Made by a program: the position numbers and the translations under genes. Shown piece after piece: positions 1-13,062 of a stretch of 45,702 nucleotides of DNA. Position 1 is the first letter of the stretch; each line of letters opens with the position of its first letter. Source of the DNA: Octopus sinensis (taxonomy: Eukaryota); NCBI RefSeq assembly GCF_006345805.1, contig NW_021834693.1, forward strand, positions 1-45,702. Direction: 5' to 3'. Below the pieces are notes generated by a model. It was not told where the DNA came from. It did not search any database and worked only from the letters and a program-made list of their open reading frames with translations.

Positions 1-246
1 CACGTAAAAAGCACCATCCGAACGTGGCTGATTGCAGCACCGCCTTGACTTGCTTCTGTGCCGGCGGCACGAAAGAAGCACTCACTACACTCACAGAGTG
101 GTTGGCGTTCGGAAGGTCATCCACCTGTAGAAACACTGCCAGATCAGACTGGAGCCTGGTGCAGCCTCCTGGCTTCCGAGACCCCGGTCACACTGCCCAA
201 CCCGTGCTAGCACGGAAAACGGACGTTAAACGATGATGATGATGAT
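1..246 (+). mobile_element. 3' end (UTR plus (GAT)n tail) of an RTE-clade LINE, 5'-truncated by window edge
   Basis: Reverse complement of the 3' UTR downstream of the RTE ORF at 8584-9100; ends ggacgttaaacgatgatgatgatg. Confidence 0.8.
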
Positions 247-1066
247 TCTCCGTATTTGTTTCTCTCTCCTTTCTCTCTCACTTTCCCACTCTCTTACTTT
301 TCTTTTCTCTCGGACTCTTCCTCGCTTTCTCTTACTCTCTATCTTTATCTATCTCTCTCCCATTTATAAACAACAGAAGATCTTGAATAAGTTGAGAAAT
401 AAAATATTTAGAAAGATCAATCAGAAATATGAGGCAGTGGCAATGGAAAGGTCTGCTTCAAGGCAGACAGCAAAACGCTAACATTTAAAAAGGACAGACG
501 AACTTGCGAGCTGAATAAAAATAATAAAATATTGGAAACCAAAGTTTGAAGGGATAGAATCTGAGGATAGTAGAGTCACCATGGCTGGCATTTGTTAACG
601 ACGGACAGCAACGTAGTGACAGTTTAACGGCTGGCGTAAAATTTTGAACTGTAAAAGAAAATTCGTAAACACCAATTTTTGAAGTGATTCTTTCTCATGA
701 CAGTAGACTCACCATGGCAAGCATTCAAAACTTCTTTATCATGGACGGCAACACATTGACGATTAAAAGGCTGGCGCAAATTTTTTAGCTTGATGTAACA
801 GAGAATTCCTAAACACCCACTCCTAGAAATTTTAATCCTCTTCCAGCCCCATTTAGACCCCTTTTCACATTTTGGTTAATATAACCCGATTTCATTCGGG
901 TATACTGGGGCCACATTTTATAAGATGAGGAATTTTGTCCTAGAGGTGACACCTTTCATTTGAGGAACAAAATAGTTGTCATGGAAACTTGTCAGCACCT
1001 TTAACATAGGTGTGCATATTTTCAGGTGAATCGACCGACTACGTAATGCACACATATATATATGTG

Positions 1067-1098
<32 letters not shown>

Positions 1099-1241
1099 CA
1101 CGCATTATATATACAAATGTATACAAATGAGATATATATCTGTATAAATTAAATTAGAGATAAAACCACTAATAGGCAAATCAAACAGTGAAAAACCAAA
1201 AACAAAAACATAAAAAAAGAAAATATAACATAGAAAATATA

Positions 1242-2135
1242 TCTATATATATAAAACTGTAGTTGTGTGAGTGTCTGTCCCCTTCGATTTAGATTACTAA
1301 CTACTCCCACATTTTGCGGTGCAGTTTAACCAAATTCGGGTATCTTATAGTCGTGATTCATATCGGGCCCGTCTGCGTATTAGCGCGCGTCTACGATGAG
1401 TCTACGATTTTAAAAATAATTTAACATTATTTTTTATTCCATTTTAATGCATATTTTTTCGTGTGTCGATGGCGGCGGAGTTGGCGTCCACGCTCACGCC
1501 TGCACCTGTGTTGCTTGTCCCCCTTCCCTCCCTCGTGAAGCTGTGGGGAAGGGAGTGTAAGGAAATCAACGTCGTAATGCGTTGTGAAGGAGACCAGCGT
1601 TCTTTTAGAACAACGACTTCATGGCTTGAAGTCGCCAAAACAGAAATCGCTAAAAAAGCTGAAACAGATCCACAAAAACGGCAAAAACCGCCACACAGGG
1701 CAGGTTTCCTGTGCAAACAATTTGCACAACCGAATGTTTTAGTTGTTGCACAAATCTTTATATATAAAAGTAAGGTTGTGTGTCTGTCTCCTACGATTTA
1801 GATTCCTAACTACTCCCACATTTTGCGGTGCAGTGTAACCAAAACCGGGTATCTTATAGTCGTGATTCATATCGAGCCCTTCTGGGTATTAGTCTACGAT
1901 TTGAAAAAAAATTACCATCATTCTTTATTCCATTTTAATGCATTTTTCGCTATTATATAAGGGAAGTAACTCTCTAAAAATGTCTACGAAGAGTCAACGA
2001 TTAAAAAAAAAAATTACTATCATTTTTTATTCCATCTTTAATGCATTTTTTGCTATTTTTTTGCTATAACTCACTAAAAATGCTTATATAGTTATTTCCC
2101 TTACAAACCCGAGCAACGCCGGGCGATACTGCTAG
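1242..2135 (+). mobile_element. Composite non-autonomous Helitron with two 5' ends (1242 and 1755) and one 3' end
   Basis: Starts a|TCtatatatataaaa; second a|TCtttatatataaaag at 1755; ends with hairpin cccgagcaacgccggg then CTAG|t; no TSD; A|T target. Confidence 0.85.
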
Positions 2136-2280
2136 TAAAATATAAAATTGAAAACTTTAAATTATTTAAATTGAAAATAAAAATTATGAAATTATATTTA
2201 TAATTTGTTTAAAAATATATATAACTATGAAAAAGTATGAAAAAGTTTAATATACATAAATACAGATATATACACTTTGT

Positions 2281-2597
2281 ATATATACATTATATATACA
2301 TATTTATATATAGAACACACATACACACATACATTATATATACATATTTATATATAGAACACACACACACACACACATACATTATATATACATATTTATA
2401 TATAGAACACACACACACATACATTATATATACATATTTATATATAGAACACACACACACACATACATTATATATACATATTTATATATAGAACACACAC
2501 ACACACATACATTATATATACATATTTATATATAGAACACACACACACATACATTATATATACATATATATATAGAACACACACACACACACACATA
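2281..2597. repeat. Minisatellite, ~36-42 bp unit acatacattatatatacatatttatatatagaac(ac)n
   Basis: About 8 near-identical tandem copies differing mainly in (AC)n length. Confidence 0.9.
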
Positions 2598-2599
2598 TA

Positions 2600-3008
2600 A
2601 ATGAACGCAAGAATATCTGATTCATAATATTTGTTCTCATGCTCGTGTGTTGATTGTTGGTGACAGACATATACTTCAAAGAACGCCGCCGAAGTGATAG
2701 GAAGGTAGGAAACAGAGTCAGTGAAAAAGAAAGGAAATAGCGATAGTGACAGATACTTTAAATAACCATAGTGGCATTCTGAAAGTTATAAATGAAGAGG
2801 AGTGACAGAGTACTGGAGGAAATAGGGTGAGGTAGGAAGATGGCCCCTAGAAACCACAGCTTTTAAGATAGAGATTTCTAAGGTAGCCCACGCGCATCGT
2901 CACCTCATTCTACATGTCCCTGTAAATTTTGGAGCGAATCGGACGGGATGTAGTGGCATTGAAAGCGAACCAAGCGGTAAAAACGCATTTCAGTTTTATA
3001 TATAGAGA
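2600..3008 (-). mobile_element. Probable Helitron-like 5' segment
   Basis: Minus strand begins TCtctatatataaaactg; the motif aaattttg..aatcggac..ttttatatataga recurs at 30283-30406. Confidence 0.4.
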
Positions 3009-3071
3009 TATATACATACACACACACACACACACATATACATATATATACATATATATATATATATACAT

Positions 3072-3104
<33 letters not shown>

Positions 3105-3170
3105 CATACACACCCACACATATACATATATATATATATATATTATATATATATACATACACACCCACAC

Positions 3171-3202
<32 letters not shown>

Positions 3203-3367
3203 ATACATTTATATATATATATATAGCACCCAGATGTACCGTCTAATATATATGCACACACACACATACATATATACATATATATATATATACATACACA
3301 CACACACACACACATATACATATATACATACATTTATATATATATATATATAGCACCCAGATGTACA
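3009..3367. repeat. Compound (TA)n/(CA)n microsatellite with a duplicated tagcacccagatgtac end
   Basis: Directly visible; the motif occurs at ~3224 and ~3351. Confidence 0.85.
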
Positions 3368-4136
3368 GTCTAACCAATGTTGGCAAGGGAGGCAGACTGA
3401 CCCTGTTACCATGACTACTTTGTCTTCCTCTCTTCTGTTTCCATCATTCTCATCCTCCCACAATAAATCCTCCTTCCTTCCATCCATCATGGGGACTCTC
3501 TGTTGCTTTTCAAGCAGCAAGCGAATCCCCGAAATGCTGGTGCCACATAAAGCACCCAACATACTTTAAGTGATTATCTAGGCTTGAGAGGGTTGCTGAT
3601 GACAAGGCAACATCTATAACGCTGGTGCTACTTGAAAGAAAAATGCACTCAGTACACTATGTAAACTGATTGGTACAAGTCTAGGAATGGCATCAAATTG
3701 TAGAAACCATGCCAAAAGTGAGATATCAAGGCAAGGTGTGATTCTCCAACCTGTTGAAACCTGTCAAACTAACCTACCTGTGTCAGCTGATGAAAACTGA
3801 TGTAAATAGATAATATTATATATATATATATGTGTATATATATGTGTGTATATATATGTGTGTGTATAGGGAGACTTCACGAAAAAAACAAAAGATGAAG
3901 ACAGGTGGTGTAGAAAACAAACAGATGTATTAGTATAACGCTCCTTGTCAGTAAATGTTTTTATATGTATGATAAATAATACATACATGGCAAGTGAAAG
4001 ATAAAGGGTTCAATCACCAATCACCCCCATTAGCTTGTTGGTCTTTTTCAATCTAAAATTAGTGTTTTACATAGGTGTGTCTATATATATATATAGGTGA
4101 CTATATATACATTCATGTATGCGTTTGTATTTATAT

Positions 4137-4552
4137 ACTCTTTACTCTTTACTCTTTTACTTGTTTCAGTCATTTGACTGCGGCCATGCTGGAGCACCGC
4201 CTTTAGTCGAGCAAATCGACCCCGGGACTTATTCTTTGTAAGCCCAGTACTTATTCTATCGGTCTCTTTTGCCGAACCGCTAAGTGACGGGGACGTAAAC
4301 ACACCAGCATCGGTTGTCAAGCAATGCTAGGGGGACAAACACAGACACACAAACATATACACACACACTTATATATATATACATATATACGATAGGCTTC
4401 TTTCAGTTTCCGTCTACCAAATCCACTCACAAGGCATTGGTCGGCCTGGGGCTATAGCAGAAGACACTTGGCCAAGATGCCACGCAGTGGGACTGAACCC
4501 AGAACCATGTGGTTGGTTAGCAAGCTACTTACCACACAGCCACTCCTGCGCC
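4137..4552 (-). mobile_element. tRNA-derived SINE family 1, full length, internal TA/TG microsatellite, (AAAGAGT)n-like tail
   Basis: A box tggctgtgtggt, B box gggttcagtccc, CORE-like cttggc/gcaagt motif; more than ten homologous copies in the window. Confidence 0.9.
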
Positions 4553-5249
4553 TATTATAATATGTATGATTAGGAAGACTTTTTTTAGTCTGTTTAATGG
4601 CCATGCTGAAAGGGTTGACAGGGTAAACATGAACGAAAGGTCTGGTAAAATGGAGATGAGTGAAGGGGCAATGAACAAGTATCAGAAAGATAGGCAAAGA
4701 TGAGATTACTGGTGCTCTAGGCTAGGGGAAATTTCATTGAAAAATGGTGGGGTTTGGTCTTTGTTTTGCCTATAGATGCAGTAGGGACATGCTAATTTGT
4801 TTATAGTTGAAAATGATAGAAATTTCAAGCTTTTTGATTGTTCCTTGTAGCTTTCTTTAAGGGAGTCCTCTTTTCCATTTCAATAATTGTAGCATAATAG
4901 ACCCATGATCAAAGACTTTCCAACCTTACTATATTTAGAACTATATTATTCAATGTGTCTGTTCATATTTTTAAATTGGTAAGATATACCGTGAGGCAAT
5001 TGGCTGCTATATCTAGCTGGTGTATGTAAATTATTTTGTATTCAATCACTGTAAACTACCTCCTTTTGTTTGTATATAGATCTATTGCCATTTTATGTCC
5101 TCCCACACTTCCTACTGGTGAAATTAATTGATATTTCAGTATTAAGTTAATTCACTTTATCTTATGAATGCCTCAAATTCAACTGGGGCCATCTTCACCT
5201 TTACTCCTTCCAGGAGTTGTTGTTATTATTATTATTATTATTGTTATAA

Positions 5250-5420
5250 AAGCAGCAGAATCAATAGCATTCCAGGCAAAATGCTTAGCAGCATTTCATC
5301 CGTCTTGATGTTCTGAGTTCAAATCCCACAAAGGTTGACTTTGTCATTCATCCTTTTGGGGTTGATGTAATCAAGTTATTCTCCCCCAGAATTGCTGGCT
5401 TTGAGCCAATATTTGAAATC
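5250..5420 (+). mobile_element. SINE family 2 (Meta-domain-like), diverged
   Basis: gttctgagttcaaat..gttgactttg..ttcatccttt..ggggttgat, homologous to 14750-14975. Confidence 0.7.
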
Positions 5421-5452
5421 ATTATTATAATTATTATAATTATTATTATTAT

Positions 5453-5490
<38 letters not shown>

Positions 5491-5589
5491 TCAGCAAACA
5501 GAGGAGTGCCAGACTAAATACTAGACAGTAAGAGAATCTGTACTTCCTCTTTTTGAGGAAGATTCACATATTCCATTGACCAAATGCTC

Positions 5590-5818
5590 TATTTTCTGTA
5601 AACACCTTGGTTGGCTGGTTACCTTCTTGAGTCATACTGACTCATAAGGGCTGATTTTCTGGTTTCTATGGCACATAAATTCCTCATTTTTGCCAGCCAA
5701 GTGAACTGGAGCAATGTGAAATGAAGTGTTCTGCTCAATAACAAAATGCATTGCCTGGACCAGGAACTGAAACCACAATCTTATGATCATGAGTCCAACA
5801 CGCTAACTAAGCCACATG
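5590..5818 (-). mobile_element. tRNA-derived SINE family 3 (CORE-like), diverged
   Basis: Reverse complement aligns by eye with 21403-21725 (ttgagcagaacacttcatttcacattgctccag). Confidence 0.6.
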
Positions 5819-5819
5819 C

Positions 5820-6915
5820 CTCCTGTAAACATCTGCTGAGGGAAGATTGGGCATGGTGTAGTTGATGATATAGACATGTGCTGAGGTTGTGACATCCACA
5901 GCAATTCCCTGATGGTGAACAGGTATGGTTGCTGTTTATCAAATGTATTTTTACACAGCTCTTCTCTTTGACACAGATGCAGAGCTGTGTCAAGCAAAGG
6001 CTGAGAGAAGGTGCTTAGCATCTGGAATGTCACAAAGTACACACAGGCCTTTACCAGCTGGTGGCAGTTCTATGTTGGCATTCTACAGAGGATTAGTGGC
6101 ACAAAAGCAATGATGTTCTTGGGGGTGAGAGAGTCTGGGTATCAACGAAAATTAACTGGCTGGAAATTTCAAAGGATTTTCAGGCCTGGACTCATTGATG
6201 ATTACTAGAAATCCCTGGCCTTGCTTTGCTACCAGGGGTTATTACCAGTTTGAGATAAACTCTGCAGGTCAAGAAGCACCATCAGCTAAACCAGTTTGAG
6301 ATATGTGCAGAGCAATGAAACCTTCCTGTACTTACTCGTCCAGTGCCTAGGCATTGCTGACTTGTGGAGTTATGTCTAAAACCTACTGTAATGTGTGGGG
6401 GGATCCATCAATCAGTTGTATCTGTTGTGAAGTTCATCCCACCACTTTCCTTTCTTGGGAAGGACAGGCAATCTTTAATTGTCAGGGGACTTTGGTAAAA
6501 GAAGTTGTGTGGTGGATGAGGTTGAAAGACAGACACTTTCATCAACTTTATCGAGTTTCACTTCAAAGGGAAAATGAGTGTAAAAACGGGAAGTACTGCC
6601 TCCCAGTAAATTTGGTGAAAGGTGGATGTGAGTAGTAAGTAGGGTCTGACTGAGGGAGCTGTCCTAAGCATGCACCTACTGATTGGAAGAGGCCAACGTG
6701 AGAGGGCACTTGTCTTAATGGTCAGGGTAACTATGGTTTTATGATATTTCCATAAGTAACCCTTAGAAGTCTCTTCTTTTGGAGAATTATACCTTGTTTG
6801 AATTTTCTTGTTTCTGTTATTTTACTTTTTACACTCTTTTATGCAATCCCTTACTGTGTGACATCTTGTAATGTCCCCAATGTTTTTATCAACCTTTATT
6901 AGTTAATAAAGAAAG
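5820..6915 (+). mobile_element. Degenerate L1/Tx1-clade LINE, ORF2 C-terminus and 3' end
   Basis: Reading across stops gives LAFYRGLV..KSLALLCYQGLLPV*DKL..C..ET..LLVQC.GIADLWSYV, like the zf-RVT C-terminal region; aataaa near 6905. Confidence 0.6.
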
Positions 6916-7088
6916 CATTATTTTAATTATAATTATTATTATTAGTAATAGTAGTAGTAGGATGGGGGAGTGGTAGAATTCATAGTGCTGATACAACTTG
7001 TCTTTCATTCTTAAAAAACTCAATAATATAAGTAAATACAAACCAATTACTAGAGTTCGTCTAATTACACACCACCACTCCCTAAATT

Positions 7089-7127
<39 letters not shown>

Positions 7128-7194
7128 AAATAAAATCACTGTCATTATCATCATCATCATCATCATCATTATTATTATTATCATTATTATTCTG

Positions 7195-7625
7195 AAGGCA
7201 GCAAGCTGGCAGAATCGGATGGAATGCCGAGAAGCATTTCTTCCAGTTTTACGTTCTGAGTTGAAATGCTGTTGAGGCTGACCTTGACTTTCATCCTTTA
7301 ACCCTTTCGTTACCAACCTGGCCCTGGCTCTCACTACAAATGTCTTGTTTTCATAAGTTCTGAATCAAAATCTTCCACCAAACCTTAGTCACAATTTATG
7401 TTCCTAACACTAGCTGAATGATAACTAAGTTATTTTACTAAATTCTTTGTTATATTTAAAGTAATTGAAAGAAACACAGAGCATCTCAAAATAAATACAG
7501 TAACGAAAGGGTTAAGGATCATTGAAATAAGTCAATGAAATAAGTACCATTTGAGCATTAGGGTTGACATAATCAACTAGCCCTCTTACCCAAAATTTCA
7601 GGCCTTGTACCTGAATTAGAAAGAA
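7195..7625 (+). mobile_element. SINE family 2 copy interrupted by a piggyBac MITE
   Basis: gctggcagaatcg..ttcatcctTTAA[MITE]TTAAgg..aataagtacca..aaatttcaggccttgt. Confidence 0.75.
7302..7511. mobile_element. piggyBac-type MITE
   Basis: TTAA TSD at 7298-7301 and 7512-7515; TIRs CCCTTTCGTTAC / GTAACGAAAGGG. Confidence 0.92.
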
Positions 7626-7656
7626 TTATTATAATTATAATAATTATTATTATTAT

Positions 7657-7835
7657 CCAAAATGCTTTGCGGTATTTCGCCCATCTTTACATTCTGAGTT
7701 TGAATTCTGCCAGGATCGACTGCCTTTCATCCTTTTGGGGTTGATAAATTAAGTACCAGTGATACACTGGGGTCGATGTAATCGACTATCTCACTCCCCC
7801 AAATTTCAGGCCTTGTGCCTTTAGTAGAAAGGATT
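7657..7835 (+). mobile_element. SINE family 2 copy
   Basis: ttctgagtttgaattc..gcctttcatccttttggggttgataaattaagtaccag. Confidence 0.75.
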
Positions 7836-7920
7836 ATTATTATTATCATTATTATTATTATTATTATCATCACCAACATCATTTATTGTAGTAGTTAAGG
7901 TAGAAGTAGAAATTGTAAAT

Positions 7921-7969
<49 letters not shown>

Positions 7970-8102
7970 AAGCAGCAGCAGTTGTAGTAGTATATTGTTA
8001 TTCATTTCAGAAACATCTTTATTAAGTGGTATTAAATAATTATCTTATAGGGAGCTGAAATGCTGATTATGAGATGAGGTGTCTGAGTGCAAGAAAGAGC
8101 AA

Positions 8103-8145
<43 letters not shown>

Positions 8146-8320
8146 AAAGATGAAATGAATAGGAGTGAAACACTTGGCAGTCAAAATATTGATGATTTTG
8201 ACGTGACATTTGTCATTGTTAAAACATTTGACATTTTGCAGTCTTCAAAGTTTATTAAAAAAAAAAAATCTTTTTTTTTCGCTTTCATTTGTTTTACGAA
8301 TGATGAAATTTGATGACACA

Positions 8321-8332
8321 TCCTCATCATCC

Positions 8333-8384
<52 letters not shown>

Positions 8385-8403
8385 ATCATCATCCTCATCA
8401 TCC

Positions 8404-8443
<40 letters not shown>

Positions 8444-8510
8444 CATCATCATCCTCATCATCATCCTCATCATCATCATCATCATCATCATCTCATCATC
8501 CTCATCATCC

Positions 8511-8583
<73 letters not shown>
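8321..8583. repeat. (CAT)n/(CCT) microsatellite forming the expanded tail of the adjacent RTE
   Basis: Directly abuts the RTE 3' terminus; about 260 bp. Confidence 0.92.
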
Positions 8584-9815
8584 TTAGCGTCCGTTTTCCA
8601 TGCTAGCATGGGTTGGACTGTTCAACTGGGGTCAGTGAAGCCAGAAGGCTGCATCAGGCCCAGTCTGATCTGGCAGTGTTTCTAAGGCTGGATGCCCTTC
8701 CAAACGCCAGCCACTCCGTGAGTGTAGTAGGTGCTTTTTACGTGCCACCCGCACAGGTGCCAGACGGAGCTGGCAAACGGCCAAGGACGGATGGTGTTTT
8801 TTACGTGTCACCGGCACGGAGGCCAGTCGGGGTGGCGCTGGCAACGGCCACGATCGGATGGTCCGCTTACTTGTCACCGGCACTGGTATCACAGCTGCAA
8901 TTTCCACTGATGTTGATCGACTTCGATTTTGGTTCTGCTTTCTGATATCTGATTTGATTTGGTTTGATTTTGATTTTTTGATTTTGATTTTCACTTGTCT
9001 CAACGGGTCTTCACAAGTGGAGTTCTGTGTCCCAAGAAGGAAAGGTATGTATAAGTCGACTGGCTACATACCAGGTAGAGGCCACGGGTTATGGTCTCAC
9101 TAGTCTTGCCGGGTCTTCTCACGCACAGCATACTTCCATAGGTCTATGTCTCTAGTCATTTCCTTGGTGAGACCTAAAGTTCGGAGGTCGTGCTTCACCA
9201 CCTCGTCCCAGGTTTTCCTGGGTCTACCTCTTCCACAGGTTCCCTCAGCTGCTAGGGTGTGGCACTTTTGCACACAACTATCTTCATTCATTCTCGTCAC
9301 ATGACCATACCAGCGCAGACGTCTCTCTTGCACATCACAACTGATGCTTCTTAGGTCCAACTTTTCTCTCAAGGTACTTACACTCTGTCGATTATGAACA
9401 CTGACATTACACATCCATCGGAGCATACTGGCTTCATTTCTTGCGAGCTTACGCATATCCTCAGCAGTCACAGACCATGTTTCACTACCATGTAGCATGG
9501 CTGTACGTACACATGCCTCATACAATCTGCCTTTTACTCTGAGCGAGAGGCCTTTTGACACCAGCAGGGGTAAGAGCTCTCTAAACTTTGCCCAGGCTAT
9601 TCTTACTCTAGCAGTTACACTTTCAGCGCACCCACTGACTTGGTCACCTAGGTAGTGGAAGCTATCTACTATTCTAGTTTTTCTCCCTGGAACGTGGTAG
9701 AAGTTGGTCTCTGCACATTTTCAGTGTTTATTGCTCCTGAGCATCTGCCACAGACAAAAACTCTTTTCCTAGTTAGCCTTCCTTTGGCATTGCTGCACCT
9801 CTTATGTGTCCACTG
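8584..9815 (-). mobile_element. 5'-truncated RTE-clade LINE (RT C-terminus plus ~515-bp 3' UTR)
   Basis: WTHKRCS..FVCGRC, HYLGDQ, RIAWAKFRELLP upstream, then the open ORF at 9100-9561; UTR homologous to many solo copies. Confidence 0.92.
9100..9561 (-). pseudogene. RTE LINE ORF C-terminal fragment
   Basis: KGRLYEACVRTAMLHGSETW, MLRWMCNV, RLRWYGHV.RM and GRGRPRKTW are typical RTE motifs. Confidence 0.92.
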
Positions 9816-10169
9816 CAATCAAACAGTCACAGGCTGAATGAAAACAGAAACTGTAATGGAGTATAAATCAGATGAGGGGGAAAAATAAATAAAAGTGTTT
9901 AAAAAAAAAAGAACCAACAAAAAACAGGAGGTAATTTAGAAAAAAAGAAAGGAAAAGAAATCCAAAGCAGAAGATTAAATAAACTTTAAAAATCCTGACA
10001 GGGAAGAAATGAAAGAACTCAGACACAACATTTGACAGTAAAAATTATAAATATAATTTAAGAGTAAATATTGCTGAGGAAGTGAAAAACAAAATTAAAA
10101 AATACAAAAACATAAAAAAAGAGAGAGGAAAGTTTGTAATTTTATAAATGACATTAAATTAAACATTCA

Positions 10170-10999
10170 GACGTTTGCCAGAATCTTAAATTCTGTATCA
10201 TCTTTGTTTTGTGGATTTTTCCAGATAAACTTCTTTTGAAAATTCCAAAATTTTTTCATCACAGCCTTCGTATTACGTAGTCAGAGGCTGCTGATTTCTT
10301 TTGATTTCATTGCTTTCAGTGGGGTCAGTGGAAGCCCCTGCAAGTGTGAGTGCAGGGCTGTTGGCGAGGGAAGCAATTTGAGGAGATTGGTACAATTTTC
10401 GACAAGCTCCCAATCCAGAGTCTTTTGAAATATGTGGAGTGTCTCTAGAAGAGCAGATAAATTCTCATTCAAAGAAATGCTTGTTACTACTTTGCTCAAA
10501 ATCTGACAAATCAGTATTTTCTTTATTATGTGATCTCGATCTTCAATGTTCTAACATTCCTCTGTGTCTGCGATTACTTGAAGAATTGTTGTTATTGGCT
10601 CTCTTATCGTGATTTCTTTTGGCCACTTGTCTGTGGACCTTTGGTTTGGCACCTTCTGGCTTCATTTGATTGTCTTTAGAGATGTTAGATATTGGACTGA
10701 AAGGAGACAGACCTTTGTGACAATGGGATGACTTGACAGGAGAAAAATACAGAGAACTAGTGTCTTGGAATGAATCAGCTGGCAAACTTTGATTGCTGTA
10801 TGAAGATTTATCTTTGCAAAGCTGATTCGTTGAATATACTGAATGAGGCACATTTTTTACTCTTAGCTAAAATTTGGTTGTGATTTTGTTTGGAAACAGC
10901 AGCAGCAGTAGTAGTAGTAGTAGTGGTGGCAGCATTTTGCTGTTCTGAAGATGTTGAAGAAGAACCATGAAGAGCAGCATTCTGCATTATGGAAGCATG

Positions 11000-11031
<32 letters not shown>

Positions 11032-11057
11032 GATGATGATGATGAAGATGATGATGG

Positions 11058-11110
<53 letters not shown>

Positions 11111-13062
11111 GTGATGATGGTGATGATGATGATGATGATGTTGGTTATTTTCCTCAAATGAAATTAATGAAAGAGAACCCATATCAATAGAAAAGGGAGA
11201 GATAATTACTGGCCCTTTTCTCTCAAGTGATATGTCTTTCTGACTGTTTCGGGTTGATGACAGAATATTTGATGACAGAATGTTGAAAAGAATTTGAGTC
11301 ATTACTCTTATCCCTGGCTTCAACATTTTCATTCTCAGCCTTTGCTTCAGAATCACTGCTACATGACAGACCAACACAACCAGGCGTTTCCCCAAGAGAA
11401 ACAGAAAGTGAAACTGAACTGTCAGAGAGAAGAACTATTTCATGTTTTGTATCTCCACTTGCATTGCAAAGCAGCTGCAACTGGGATTGTTCATTGGAAG
11501 TTTCAATTTGAACAAATGCTTTGTTGCCTTCCTCAAGGGACGTATCAAGGCTGTCACTAGCAGAAATATGTTCTTCCACTGAAGACAAATTTAGGGAACT
11601 ACTAGGTAAGGGCAACTCTTGGCAAGGTCCTGATGAAGAGTCTGAAATGTTAGGTAATGGTGAAGATGTAAACTGACCGGGATCAATTCTAGACTTGAAC
11701 AACCCATAGCTGCTTCTACCTGATATTACTTCTGTATTCATGCTCTCTGGAGTCGACCAAGTCTGGCTGCTACATGGATATGAAGTATCAGATAAAATAA
11801 CACTTGTATGTGACTCCAAACATGGATGTTCATTTTTGCTGTCTCTACCAGAATCAGTCAGTACCAAATCAGATTGGCCAAGACGACCAATTGTTTCATT
11901 TAAGAGATCAGCAGTTTCAGAAAATTGATTCTGGAATTATTCTTAGATTTTAAATTACTATTTACAATTCTTCTTTTGCGACTAGAAAACCAAAGGCTAG
12001 AAAGGCAACAAAAATATTTGTTGCTATGAAACATTTTTTTCTTCCGTTCATGGTGAGCAGACACTGGAGTGTTTTGTTCCATGTAATTCTCCAACTGACA
12101 CTTTTTGATGAGTTTTCTTTTGCGAGAGATAACTTGCTGTCGCTTTGGTGATCTCCCCCATACTTTCTTGGTGCAAGCAGTTTTCTCAATTCGACACTGT
12201 TTTATATAGTGTGAATGATATTCAAACTTTCTCAGACCACGTGGTTTGTTATAATTTTGACCATAAGGGCAGTCTGAGGTGTCCCCTGTGAAAGCAGGGT
12301 AACCATCAGTTAAACTTGATAAGGATGAAGTAGACAAAGGTTCGGCATTACCTTCATCATTAGCCTCAGTTCTATGAATACTGCTAAGGTTAGCATATGT
12401 TGGTCTCTTTTCCAAACGAGGTGTTGTAACATTTACCTCAATGGGTTTTCTCTGTTCATCACTTGAACAGGTTTGACGCTTATCAGATATAAACTTTGTA
12501 AAAGAATCTTCCTTTGAATATTTTGTTGATTTTTTAGGCCATGAGGAAACAGATGACAATGATGATGATAATGATGAGGACATTGGTGGTGACAGTATAC
12601 CATGAGTTTTTAACGAGTCAGGTTGATTTGTTGGAGACTGAACCATATTGGATGCTGAACTTTGCGACATAGGTGAACAGTACAATTTGTAATTTGTAGT
12701 CTGACTATGTAGTATAACCGGAGGCATTGGTGTTGACTCAGAAGGACAGAGTAAATTTTTGTTCCTCGTGTCACCAACTTTTGATTGTTCAAAACTCTGA
12801 TCTTCATCATCGTCTGTGTCACTGGACATTTTTAATAGGGCTTCAATGGTACGGTTCCCATAATCTAAGCCTACATTTGAAGATGTAATTGGAAGAGGCC
12901 CGCAATGAGAAAGTTTTTCCATGTTGGGCAAAATTGTTCTACAACCCATCCGACAGAGTGTTTTTTTTTTAATTTTTCTTTCACAGAATATGTTACCATC
13001 TATCTTAATGTTATTCATCAAATCAGGATTGTCAACCAGTGAAGTGAGGGATCAAATGCAAC
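10170..13062 (-). pseudogene. Large (~2.9 kb) disrupted coding exon of an unidentified Ser-rich protein with a poly-His tract
   Basis: Chain of abutting same-strand ORFs (373, 214, 195, 102, 72 aa) in non-repetitive DNA; acceptor ttttatttccag| before 13062; several frameshifts; lower boundary uncertain. Confidence 0.7.

Noticed and set aside
2237-3562. ORFs rich in Y/I/H/T/C/V
   Set aside because: Translations of TA/CA microsatellites; the same applies at 41557-42550.
8181-8606. Poly-Met/His/Ile/Ser ORFs
   Set aside because: Stop-free frames of the (CAT)n RTE tail; likewise 44397-45008.
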